From Camelus dromedarius (lineage: Eukaryota), in NCBI RefSeq assembly GCF_036321535.1, contig NC_087436.1, forward strand, positions 112,408,001 to 112,472,000: a stretch of DNA of 64,000 nt, given 5' to 3'. The translations under genes were made by a program, and so were the position numbers. Of the stretch, positions 12,979-25,370 are shown piece by piece. Below the pieces are notes generated by a model. It had not been told where the DNA came from. It saw only the letters and a program-made list of their open reading frames with translations, and did no database searches. The number at the start of each line of letters is the position of its first letter. Position 1 is the first letter of the stretch.

Positions 12979-13435
12979 TAGTGAAATTGTTTTATACTTG
13001 TCAGAAAATGCCTGCTACCCTGTGCAAACCTCTCCACCAGTTCCCTCTCTTCTTTTTCTCTTGTCCCTCCTTGGGGCTCCTCCAAGGTCTTCTCACAATT
13101 TCTAGCTAAAGGGATAATGCTTGGCGGGGTGGGGACCCTTGAACCCCACTCTCTGTAGCTACTGCCAGCATCCAATTATCCATTCAGTTGGTCAGCACCC
13201 ATGCCCTACCAATTGCTAAATTTTCTAAATATCATACGGAAAGTTTTGAACATCTTTTTTTCACACAAAGGCTTTTAATTACTCAATCTATTTTTGGTGA
13301 GAAAATAAATAATAAAATTAAAACAGAAGCATTTTTATAGCAAATCTACACTTTGTTGCTCTTCCAATACATTGGTCTATTTAACAACTATTTATTGACT
13401 TTTACCATATTCCAAGCACTGTAATAGGTATTTAT

Positions 13436-13456
13436 ACACACACACACACACACACA
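13436..13456. repeat. (CA)n microsatellite
   Basis: Dinucleotide run. Confidence 0.9.
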
Positions 13457-13529
13457 TTATTTACTCCTTATGATAACCCTGTGACTTAGATGCCACAGCA
13501 ATTTTTCCCCCAAACCACGTTAGTATTAG

Positions 13530-13750
13530 CTAACATTCTGTGTGCTGGATGACTGGCGATGTGCTAAGCACTTTACATGGGTTAGCTCATTTAATCTACA
13601 ACAAGATCATAAGAGATAAGCTTTTTTCATCACCAATGTGTAGATGTGTCAACTGGGACTGAAAAAGATTAAGTAACATCCTTATGGCTAATGAGCTGGT
13701 AGGAACAGAGCAAGAACTCTCATTCAGGTTTTCCAAGCCCAACTTTTTCA
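13530..13750 (-). mobile_element. MIR SINE relic
   Basis: gtgctaagcactttacatgggttagctcatttaatct...aactgggactgaaaaagattaagtaac resembles the MIR core. Confidence 0.7.
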
Positions 13751-14454
13751 CTGCTTTCTCCATTGTTCCCTGTTCCCTTGTGTTAGAAGTTGATATTGGC
13801 AGAAGTCTTGAATAGCAGGGCTGTTGTAATTTCTGAAAGGCTATAAGTATCTCGAGCTCTAACTTCCAGCTGTAGGATCACCAGCTTCTATCTTTCACAT
13901 TAGAAAACATACCAACTGATCTAGATGAAGTTCTGCTCCAATTGTTCATTGGTAATCTTACCTTCCAAGGGTGGGCATTTTTCTATCCCTTAGAGACTCT
14001 TTCTGGATTTTTCTTTTACCTTGTACTTAAAATGAAAAAACTGAAATTTCAACTTCCTGGGGATATTGTAGAGTCGAGGAGCTACTGGAGACTTGCTCTG
14101 ATCCCGCCCCACCCCCACCTCTCCTGCTCTCCTCTCATGGTGAATGCTAGACTGTAAGCTTTGGGGACAGAGACTGTACCTATTTCATTGTACCCCTGGC
14201 CACTATGCTAGTGCTTAGAACACGAGAAAATAATAAATATTGTTTGAGTGCAGGAATAAGTATGGGTGAGTGGTGGTGCTTTTTAAATGTCTCCAAAAGA
14301 GACAGTTGTCTGATCGTGATGACCACATGCTTTGGCTTCCCCAGCAAGTGTCCCACTCCCACCAAGTAAAAACTTCACTGTATCCAGTATACGGCATCTG
14401 ACTCATGGTTCTCCCTTTGATCTTCCATACCATAAACGTTTACTGAAATTTTTT

Positions 14455-15300
14455 CTCTTTTATTTAACTGGTATGTGTTGAGCACCTATTAAACATGCTA
14501 GATTCTGGAATACAGTGAGGAAGAAGGTAAGCAAGTTTCCTTCTCCAGGAAGCTTACGTCCTAGTTGGTGGGGAGGAAGTTGAAATGAATGCCTCCCAAA
14601 AAATGACTCAAAAAAGAATACACAAAATAATTACCAATTGTATGGAGGGCTATGAAAAAAATTAACAGGGAAGAGAGATGGGGTAACTATGGACAGCAAT
14701 GAGAAGGTGACCTTTGGGTTGAGATCGAAAGGTGAGGATGATCTACCCATGCAAAACGATGGGACAATTGCGTCCTAGGCAGAGAGAAGAGCACGTGCAA
14801 ATGCCTGGGCTCCCGGGGAACAGAAAGGAGGCTGGTGCTGCCAAAACCCTATGAGAAATGGGAGAAAGGTTAAGAGGAGGAGAAGCCAGGCTTCACAGGG
14901 CTCCATGGTACAGAGCTGGACTTTTATTCTCAGAGGAATGCAAGACCAGTGGAGGGGATTGAAAAGATTTTTCTGTCTCCTGTGGACTGAAGAGGAAAGA
15001 AGAAAGGCAGGAGGTGATGGGGCTTGGACTAAGAAGGTGGCAGAGGAAATGGAAAGAATTCGATGCAGCTGTAGGAGGGGGAAGGAAAGGATGTGGCTTA
15101 AGCAACGGAGGTGGTGAAGAGGAAGTAGGAACAGGTTTCAACCAAGGGTTTTTATTTTGTATATGTTATTTTCCATTGACTATTAAATATCCAAATGGGG
15201 ATATCAATGTAAGCAATTGGAAATACAAACCTTGAGTTCCAGAGACAGAGAGAGAGATCAGAGCTAGAAGTATTAAATGTACGTATCACCAAAGAAGGAT
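14455..15300 (-). mobile_element. L2 LINE relic
   Basis: Starts with the reversed L2 3' end (tgttgagcacctat...gaagcttacgtcctagt), followed by a purine-rich L2 body. Confidence 0.6.
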
Positions 15301-17465
15301 GGTATCAAAACCAGGCTAATATACAAGGATCTGCTTCTCTCAACATCCATCAGAACCTCACTTATTCTACGATCTTGCACAAGTAACAACCTCTTCATGC
15401 TTCCATTTTCTCATCTATAAAGTAGGAATGAAATTACCACTTCTTAGGTTTGTTGTGAGGATTAATAAAACATCCCGTGAACCCTAGTCCTAGCCAAGCA
15501 CTCCGTGAGTATCACTTTAACTAGGTTATATGTTTCTCACACAACTGCCTTCACACTCACTTTGGGTATGACCATCTCAAGACAACTGAACGCCTTCTAC
15601 ATGGCCACTCAGACATGCTTCTCCATCGAACTCTGCAAGTCCTGGCCAGTTGACCCCTGCCTCAGGTCCTCAGCTGCCATCTCAGGCAGCTCCGGCCAGC
15701 CTCCCACCTGCAGGGCTCCCTGGGCAAGGGAGAAGTTCTCAGTCTCAAGGGGTGGGATGTCAGTACTCCTCCTGGCAGACTTTCTTTCTTTCTAGGTTTG
15801 CTTTAACGACCACTCTTAGTTGGCTTAAGGGGACAGCCCTCCTTTATTACTCCAGAGTGAAGATCAGGCAAAATGCCATGAATTCTATCTAAAGCATCCT
15901 CCAGCTTTTTCTTATACAGTTGAAGGTGGTTGATGGAGTTGCCAGTCAAAGAATCTGTTTCTTCACATCTCAGAAATGTGTTTAGCATTGCTTTGCATAA
16001 CACAGAGAGTTTGTCATACCTTTTAACTAGCTTTGAATTTCAGCCAAAATTCCTACAGGAAACATCCCATTTCTCATCATCTTTATTTTATTTTTAATTT
16101 TTTTCTTAGTGTCTGATTTATTATCCCATTATGACCTCCAAGCAAATCAATACTGGCCATGCACCTGAAGTCTAAAGAGATTTAGGAAAGATAACAGTGT
16201 ATAACAGTGCCTCTTCTTTCTATATGCTTATAATATTGGGTTACAAGCCTGAATGAGACATTATAAAATCTGTACTGTAGAGGAGTTCATAAAAAGCGTC
16301 ATCCGAGTGATGTCTGAGTTGAAGGGAGAGTGATAATTAATTGCTCCATCTCTTCAGAGTCCAGGACCAATTAAGAAATTGAATCAGAGGCAGGGAGACC
16401 AAAACATCAAAACTGTGATTCAGAAAGGCTACGTTGGAGAAAGTAGCTTATCCTGTAGCAAATGTAGGCATCCCATGACTCCCCCCGCCCCTCCGCCAAC
16501 TCCGAAAGGCAGACGGCTACATCCAGCAAGATGAAAACCTGTCTTGGAAATCTACCAGATAGAAGAAGCAGGAGCTGTGAGTGCACACTGGTTTTTGAAA
16601 GGCAGATCCCAGATAGAGAGCCGCGCTGCCCATTTGGAAAAAAGGGGCAAACAATCAGAGAAGCCTGGACAAATGGATGTCCAATTTCCCTACCTTCCAA
16701 ATCAGAATGATGAGAGAAGGGAGAGATACTGAAAGTGTTCCTTGCATCTTTTTCCTTTCTTCCTCCTTTAAGGAAATGTAGCTGGAAGATGAGTGCCTAC
16801 CCCAACCACCACAGGAAGAACTCAATGCTTTAAAAATTTAGAGAGCAGAGAAAGATCACCTGGAAGCGAAAACAGGCAGGGAGGAGAGCAGCTGTCCTCG
16901 GGGAGAACTGAGTGGTCTAGACGGACTTGAAGAGCTAGCGTTTCCCTGGGGGGCAGAGGGAGACAGTGGGAAGGCCATCTGCAGTCAGATTGGGGAGGAT
17001 CTTGGTTGCAAGCCAAGGGGGTTGTGTATTATTTGGTCAGGAATTGGAAGACACTCAAAGTTTTTGAGTAGGAGAGGGACATATTTATAGCAATGCTTTA
17101 AGAAAATTCGGTCGGCAATAGAGTTCGGAATCCATTGTCTGGAGAGGGTTTGGAAGTAGGAAGATCAGTTAGAGGCACCTGCACAGGTTGGAGTGGAAGT
17201 AACATTCATCAGTGTCATCGCAGTGGGGCTGGAAGGCAAATGAGATTTGTGTGGTGCCTTAGAGTTTACAAAGTTCTTATCCATCAGTTATCTGACTTGT
17301 TGTGGCAATTGTGGGAGATAAGTCAGTAACACACTGCAAGGCAGTCAGTTTGCATCAATAAGTTTTAACCAAATTAACACCAGGAAGACTCTAAAGAACT
17401 TGGTAAACACAGGAAGGAAGGCAAGTCAGGAAACAAAGATGACTCATAGCCTTCAAGAACTAGAA

Positions 17466-18400
17466 TCATTCATTCATTCATCAAATCTTTATTGAGCACT
17501 TACTATCATACCAGGAACTGTTCCAGATCCTGGGCTGCAGCCAAGAATTTGATAAATCCTCAGGCAGCTTCTATACTAGTGATAAGAGATCATCAATAGA
17601 TATATAAAGAAACATAAAATATCACGGGGTAAAGGAAAAATAAATCAGGGTAAGAGCATGGAGGGGCAGGGAGGTACTTTTGTCAATAGTGAAGTCCTCT
17701 TTCCGGGAGTGACTTCTGAACAGAGACCAGAAGGGCGTGGGGCAGGGATCCAAACAAAGATCTGAAAGAAAGAATATAAGGGAAAACCCGGAAGTGGGCA
17801 CCTGTCCGGTGTGTTTAGCAAGAAGCTAGGAGACGTGTGTGGGCAGAGCAGAGTCGGCAACGAGGAGGTGGTGGGAGTCTAGAGCAATAGTCACAGACCG
17901 GATCCAGAAGGGTCTTCTAAGCCAGGCTCAGGACCTCTAGTCATCGTGTGGAAGAGTCATTCATAGAGGAACAAACGTGGACATTCAGAGAGCAGTGGGA
18001 AGGCACTACAGGAGTCCAGGCAGGAGATGATGATGGCTTGGCCTAATGGGATACTGTTAGACGGAAAGCAGCCAGATTCCCAGGATATGATAAGGTAAGG
18101 CTTGCAGGATTTTTTTTTTTTTATTGGAGTTGATGTAGAGTAGAAGAAAAGGAGACATTAGGATGTTTCCAAGGCTTTTGCCCTGAGTGGTTGGGTAGAC
18201 AGTGTGCCCTTGTGAGACGGGGGCGGGGAGTGGGCAAAGGCATCAGGAGCTTTGCTGAGAATCTGCTATCGCTGTTAAACCTGCTGCGCATCCAAGTGGA
18301 GATGCTGCAAGGGAAGGGTATGATTCTGGAGTCGGGGGAGAAGTCAGGACTAGAGATGTGAATTGCAGATGGCTTAGCCATCACCAAAAATAGAGAAGCC
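17466..18400 (-). mobile_element. L2 LINE relic
   Basis: tcattcattcattcatcaaatctttattgagcacttactat is the reversed L2 tail; body includes gagtccaggcaggagatgatgatggcttgg. Confidence 0.75.
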
Positions 18401-18424
18401 ACAAGGGAGAAGTTGGTTCTCCTA

Positions 18425-19500
18425 CTTCTCCAGTATTTTCTGAGCATTTATTGTGTGTGAAGTACTTCCCTAGGCCCTGGCACTGCAGAGACCAAAGACA
18501 TAGTCCTTTTCTTCAAAGGGCCCACAGCTCGTCAGGAATACAAGCAAAGAACCCATCAGACTATAGCATGGTGAGGTCTATAACAGGAATTTCCAGGGGA
18601 GCTATAGGAAACCGCAAGGAGATACTGGATCCAGGAATTCAAGGAAGACTTCCCCAAGAAGGTGATGCCCAAGAGAGGTTTTGAGAACTGAAGAAGGGTT
18701 GTTTGGGGAGAGAAAAATCCAAACCCAGGAAGAAGGGCATTTCGGGCGGAGGGAACGTAGTTAACAGCGTGGGGTCACCCGACAGCTCAGCATGGCCATG
18801 CACCTGCAGTGATTCAGAAATGACTGGAAAAGAGGATGCTGGTGGGAGAGCGACCGGAGATAGGAATGGACCAGTGGGCAGGGATAGGTCATGGAGACCC
18901 CTCCAGGCCAGGCTAAGGAGTCTGCTGGATGGGGAAAAAGACAAGTTCAGCTCTAGAAATGTTGAGTTTGAGATACAAATGGGCCATGTCTAGAGGGTAA
19001 CAGAGAATGGAAGACCAGAATCCCAGGGAAGATCAGGGCCAGATTATATTTCTCTTTCTATCTATAGCTATAATATTACAGCATCTCCCTCACAGAGATC
19101 ACCGTTGAAGACACAGACGTGAATTGAATGTCCAGGAAGCAAGAAATGCAGAGAAAAGAGATACAGGAAAGGAATAGAGTTGTAGGTGATGCCCACAACT
19201 TGAGGACTGGAAGAGGAGCAGAGGACAGAAATCAGGACAAGAAGGTTCAGGGACATTAACAACTGGAAAAGTACACTGTCACCGTAGCCAAGGACCAGGG
19301 AAGATTCATGAAGGAGAGTGTGGCTGGCAATGTCAAATGCTGAGCGAGGTTAAGGAAGGTGAAATTTGGGGGAATGTCATCAAATGTAGTGACCAAATAG
19401 TCCCTTGGTGCCCCTTGGGAGAATAATTTAGAAGCCTGGGGGTGAAGGTCAGCAGCAAGGGGTTAGGGTGACTAGGACCAGAGAGAGAAAGTGAAGACAG
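18425..19500 (-). mobile_element. L2 LINE relic (second copy)
   Basis: tttctgagcatttattgtgtg...aaagacatagtcct start; aatgttgagtttgagat and gtcaaatgctg L2 motifs. Confidence 0.55.
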
Positions 19501-22398
19501 AGAAGGTGACTTGCAAGCCTTCAATCCCGATCCCGTTCTATGTTCCTGCCTGGCATCTCCATTTGCATTCAACCTTCACTTGACCTCTTTTTCCTGGCTT
19601 TCTGTCCCGTCTCTCTTACTCCCACTGTCTGCTGTCCCAACATGACGGCATCTCCTGCCAACAATTCCATAATTCAGCCAACCAGCAAGCTACAAACTGA
19701 ATCATCAGGTAGACTTCATCAGATAACGAAATAGGTCAAAGGTTACCTTAGTGAAACACGTGTTGTCAGAGTCTGTAAAATGAACAGAATCTCTTTCAGG
19801 ACACCTTTGACCTGGAAGAATCCACATCAGTCTACTAACAGTGGTTACTAAGTGGGTCCAGGACAGTAGGAGGTTGGGTGTGGGGTGTGAGGCTGTTTAT
19901 TCATTTATACCATACACACCATTATTGTTTCAGGTTACTGTTCCTGGTATTTTAAAACAAATATGTGTTGCTTTTCTAATTTTAAACATTTTTGTTAAAA
20001 AGTAATGACACCCCCCCCCCATGCTTCTAATCTGCAGAGGTATCATTTGGCCAAGACCATCTATATTTCTTCTTTTTTTCTTTATGTTCTCTTCTTCCCA
20101 TCAATCTTTGGCAGCTAGAATTAACTCAATGAAAATATTGGCAAACTCTCCAGGCAGATATTTGTTCTCTTTAACATCATGGCCACATCGAGGTACTTGT
20201 TCTCTTCTGTCAGTTGATATCTAGCTTTTAATTAATTGGATCTTTGCATATCCAAAAGCCACTTATGCAAATTAAAACAATGACTCCACTCAACAAACAG
20301 GGAATGATAACCACAGTCATTATGAAATAAGTGAAGCTAAACACAGCCCCATTGTCATGATTTTCTTTTGAAAATTCTGAGACCAACAGCTGAAACAAGT
20401 GGAATCTGGAAAAGACTAATTGGCCACTTACTCCAATTCCTACCATTTATAATAGTAATAAACAGCACAAATAGCAAACAACTTAAGTACTGTTCCCACT
20501 GAGCTAATCAATTACCAACACAATGGCTTTACCTCCCGCTACTTGAATCTACCTCTGGCTCATTCAGGCCCCATTTCTTTCCCTGGGCCATGACAACAGC
20601 CTCCCAGACCCTACTCTTGTTCCTCTCAGGGGTACCCTCTACGTTGGCCACTGGAATGAGCTCTCTAACGTGAAAACCAAGCCATTGCCTTGCTTAAAAC
20701 CCTTCAATGGCCCTTAATGCAACATGGAATGTTTGAGCTCTTTAGTAAGTCATCAAAGATGTCTGGTTTCCTGGCTCCTACCTGTGGATCTTCTGAACTC
20801 CTGCTCGTGGTGTACCAGACAAAGCTTCTCAAAACCTGGACTTGGGACGAAAGTGTGGAGCGCAGATCACTGCCAGACTCCACTCTCTCTTGTAGCGAGT
20901 CTCCCACTGGGGAACCACAATGTCCTCTTCTGTCACTGCACCTTGGTCAGAACCACCACCATCCACTGTAGCAAGTTTTCCTAATTTTAAGTCTTGGTGG
21001 AAGGGGTTGGTACCTCATTTCTTTCCTTCTCAGAAGGCTTTTAGGATTCTTATGCAAATACATCATCTTTGTCTCCAAACTTCTGCAAAATGAGGAGAAG
21101 CTTTAGCTAAACCACGAGACTTAAAAAGAAAAGAACTAGTTGCATGCCATTTTCCAAAGCCAAGGCATGCCTCGATTCTTATATTTATATAAAGGATGTA
21201 ATGCCAATGTGACTATTTCACCTCTAAATAAAAAATTCCACCACACCAGGAACTCACTATAGATAAAAGCACACATAGATGAGAAACCTTTATATCACAG
21301 CTTAGAAAATTACTTTTCTGAAAACATCCTTTCATACTATTATTGCTGCTTTATAGGTGGTCTGACAGATCATTTCCCAGAGTCAGTAACACTAAGATTG
21401 GAGCCTTCTCTGACTTTAATCAGAACCCAAATGAACGAAGCATCTCAGTCAATTGTTAATTATTTCTTCTTCCCCAGACTTCTAAAAGAAAGAAGGAAAG
21501 AAGCGAATAATCAGATTTGTCAGAGACCATTTTCAGGTGCTACTGAAGCAGCTTCTGCATCTGCAAATCTCACTCACACATACACCCAGGAAAAATGCAG
21601 CGTCTACAGTTCTTAGGATCGAGTGACTCTTTGGAAGGCAAGGTTTTCAAACTTGACCCGCTCAAGCCCTTTCACCATGACTAACCCTGCCTCTTGGGGG
21701 ATGTTACTCGGGCATCTGGAAAATGGTGACTGCAGAGATCAGAATGTCCATTGAAGACTATATGGGAAACACTCTAGAAATATAATGCTGGACCTTCTGA
21801 CATCAGTAAAATTATCAGCAGGACCCACAGACATACAGTCAACCAGCAAGCCATGGTCTTTTTAAAGATCCTTAAATATATAAAAATATGGAGTTGACCA
21901 CATGACTATCTTCAAGTCCTCCATCTTTCTGAGTTCATCCATTCTCACAAGTTGAAGCAGACAAAGAACTTCTTTAAGGACATTAGGCAGCTCCAGAACC
22001 TGTGAGAGGACCAAAGAGTCATGTTTGGAGCTATTGGGCCAGGAACAAGGCCACCCAGGTTAGGCATGTGTCCCGCCCGTTTGGTTTGAGATTATTGGGA
22101 GAGGTTAATAAAGCTTTGTGTCTTTCTTCACATGACACTTTCTTTCCCCCTCCCGAAATAACAGACCCTTATAACCTAACACATCCCATTTTTGTGTTAG
22201 CTCTCAGAGCTCAATCCTGAGCCCTCTGCAGTAACTCCCCAACTAAAGGGTTTGGCAGCATTCACTTCCTTTTCGGAGCTGCCTTGTTTATATGGATTAA
22301 ATTCTGCAAAGCCTACGTAGAAAGTCCAAGTGAATTAGTTAAATTAAGTAGAAAGTAGAACACATCACCATAAGCAATTTCTGCTAGACCTAGATTTG

Positions 22399-22431
22399 CA
22401 GTCAAATGCTCTTCCACTGAGCTATACCCCC
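22399..22431 (-). pseudogene. Tailless retropseudogene of the 5' half of tRNA-Cys(GCA)
   Basis: Reverse complement GGGGGTATAGCTCAGTGGAAGAGCATTTGACTG matches the first 33 nt of mammalian tRNA-Cys with one mismatch and ends at the anticodon. Flanked by 19-bp direct repeats tctgctagacct(a/g)gatttg at 22380-22398 and 22432-22450. Confidence 0.88.
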
Positions 22432-23779
22432 TCTGCTAGACCTGGATTTGGACATAGCATAGCTCTGGTCTTTTAAATAGACCCTAGACTATCAAAAAAC
22501 GAATGTCTGCTGCTTCACTTTTTCGCTAAGTGTCTTTGTCTTCTGAGGTCATCATCCTTTCAATACCCTACACATCCATGCCGGGCTTTCCTCTCCTCCC
22601 TGCTCCAGTCCTCTCACTCCCCTTCTCCTGGGAGCCCTCCCTCAGTCATCACTGTCATAACAGTCCCCGCCTCAGGCTCTGCTTCTGGCCATCCCAAACC
22701 AACACAGTTGGATTTAGCAGATTTTTTCCTGAAAGGGAATGAGAACCCAACGTAGAGCAGCAACAATTCAGAGCTGAGTTTAGCGCTACATTGTTAAAAC
22801 AAGCGCATCAGAGTGAAAAGCCACAAGGTAGGGACCCTCGTCTCCATACAGGACAACAGGATAAAATCACATCAGTTTTCATGGTTTCAGAGGCTTTTAT
22901 TCTGCCCTCTCTCAACTGCCACAGGGAAGGAAGGGCGCATAGGAAGAAGAGGGCAGCAAATCCTTGGCGTAGGAACCTCCCAGAGTTTGACCCTTGTATT
23001 AGTAAGTTTCTGAAAGTTGTGGGGGCAGACACAGGGTACAGCAACCAGATCATTTAGCTCTTAGAGCTCTGCCCTTCCCCCCAAACTCATTCCTCTCTTT
23101 TTCTTTCCCGACCCCTTGTATGCACAAAATAAAGCACACGTCCTTCAATTCCTTTAGGGACGGTGACACGTGCCACAAAGAGGAATGTGTGACACCGTGA
23201 GTGAAGGGAGAAGGGGATCTGGTCACGAGGAACTCCTGTGGGAGCCGAGATGGGCAGGAAGGGCATGGCGTCCCCCTCCAGGGGGGCATGGGTGACGTGC
23301 CCTCACTGCTGGGGCCAGTGGGCTACGTTGGAGGGCTGTACAAATGGCCGTGGGACCGCAGGAAAGAAAGCAATCAACATGACTTGTAATGAGGAGAGGA
23401 AGGTCAGCAAAGTTGTCACTGAGCTTATGACATCTGATCTGGAGGAGTGCGGAGTGGATTACCAAGGAGAACAGAAGAAAGAAGGAGATCGCAGTGGAGA
23501 GCCCCGTGGCAGAGATGTGGACGCAGGTGGCTGTGGTTGGACCAGGGAAGCCCAGACTCCTGCAGGGCTGAGGCAGGGGATGAGACTGGGAAGACGGCTT
23601 GGAATCAGCTTGAGGAGGTCCAGAGGATCGTGGAAGTGGTTCCAGGGGGAAGTGTCTTGTTCATATGGACTATGAAGACCCACCTGCCCACCACGTGGGG
23701 ACGAGATTAGAGAGGAATGGAGAGGGAGCGGTGAGAAGCAGTGAAACCAGTTAGGAGGCTTTTGAAATGATCTCTAGTG

Positions 23780-24000
23780 CTTATTGTGTACTTAGTACAT
23801 GCCAGGCACTGTTCCAAGCATTTGCCACATTTTATTTCACTTGATCCTCACTACGGCTGAATGTGACCAATACTATCGTGCATCTCAAATGATGGGAGGA
23901 AACTAAGGCGCAGGGGGTAAGTTGTCCAGGGAGTCAGGGCTAGTAAGCCCAGAGCAGGGAATTAAACCCGGAAGTCTGGCTCCGGGGTTGGCAGGCTTTT
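23780..24000 (-). mobile_element. MIR SINE relic
   Basis: tgccaggcactgttccaagcattt...gaggaaactaaggc...aaacccggaagtctggctcc. Confidence 0.75.
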
Positions 24001-24374
24001 CTGCTCCCCTGTTCTGAACTCCTCCAGGGGAAAAATGTTGAGGGTCTGTCCTAGGGCAACAGCAGCTGGAATAGAGAAGGGGGGACAAAACAAACATTTT
24101 TTGTTTTGCAGGGTGACTAGGTGGGAAGATGAGATAGTATAAATAACTGAGGTTCCTAGTTTCGGTGAACCAAGGGGAGGGGATTTGAATTGATTAGAGA
24201 GGGAATAGCAGCTCCCTTGGTGAAAATACCATCTATGTGTGAGACACGCGAAGCTGGCAGGGATTAGGACGTATCCTGGTAAAACGTTCCCTCCCCTTCC
24301 TCCCTCTCCCATCTTCCCCCCTTGCATCGTCACACTTGCTCCGTCCTTTGCTCTATCAAGTGTGTTCTCAAGAA

Positions 24375-24550
24375 AGTCCTACTGTAGAGCACAGGGAACC
24401 ATATTCAACACCTTGTAATAGCTATAAAGAAAAAGAGGATGAAAAGGAACATATATGTATAACTGAATCACCATGCTGTGCACCAGAAATTAACACAACA
24501 TTGTAAACCAACTAAACTTCAATTTTTTTTTAATTTAAATTAAAAAAAAA
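24375..24550 (+). mobile_element. Short L1 3'-end insertion
   Basis: gtcctactgtagagcacagggaac...tgctgtgcaccagaaattaacacaacattgtaaa followed by an A tail. Confidence 0.85.
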
Positions 24551-25039
24551 GTGCCTGGGACAGATGCCATTGACACACTAAGGCCAGTGAGTTCTTTCTT
24601 ACTAGGCGTCTGTGATCGTAAATGAGAGACTTCTTCCTATCAAAGGAGTCAGTTAAAAATCAAGAGAACATGCTGGAGAGGAGGCTTCCCAGCACCATGG
24701 AAACCCTGACTTGCTGAAGTAGCTGAAGGTCAGTCCCACCTGCCAGGACAAATCCAAACTTCCAAGCAGATCTGGGTCTCCATGAATTCAGTGGTTGTGG
24801 ACAGACTGGGGTAGCTCTCAGGGTCCTCTCACACGGCCCAAATCCATCGGGAAGAGAGGACACTTTGGAATGTTAACTAATTCCCAAGAGCGTTCAGGGC
24901 TTCTTTCAAAAATGTTTTTGTCCAAGGGACCATCTTTTTAAAAAGTCAGCATCTCTCTCTCTTCATCTCCTCTTCCCCCTCCCCACTGCCCTCCTCCCCT
25001 CAATCCTACCTGTTTTTACTGAAAGAAAGTCATGGACAA

Positions 25040-25370
25040 ATGCAAAAGACTATTCATCGTGTCCTTATTTATAATGGCAGACATTTAGACCCAATCCAAA
25101 TGTCTATGAATATTATAGGTGACGATACGTTCCCATAATTGTGTATATTCAGACTTGGCGAAAGATGAGGAAGACTCCTATGCACAGTGTGGACACTGAA
25201 ATACATCACGTGCACAAAGCAAGGTGCAAACTGGGAAGTCATAAGCCACCTTTCCTATATATATTCTTATATTTGCGAAAAGAAATATTGGAAGAGTAAA
25301 CCAGAAACAACATTAGCTACCTGCGGACAGCAGGAGGCAAACAGGGTGGAGGGCACGGATGGAAGCAGCA
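25040..25370 (+). mobile_element. Old L1M 3' relic
   Basis: tattcatcgtgtccttatttataatggc...ccaaatgtct and ggaagagtaaaccagaaac motifs. Confidence 0.55.

Noticed and set aside
22393..22431. Functional tRNA-Cys gene
   Set aside because: No T-arm/B-box or 3' acceptor strand, so it cannot form a cloverleaf.
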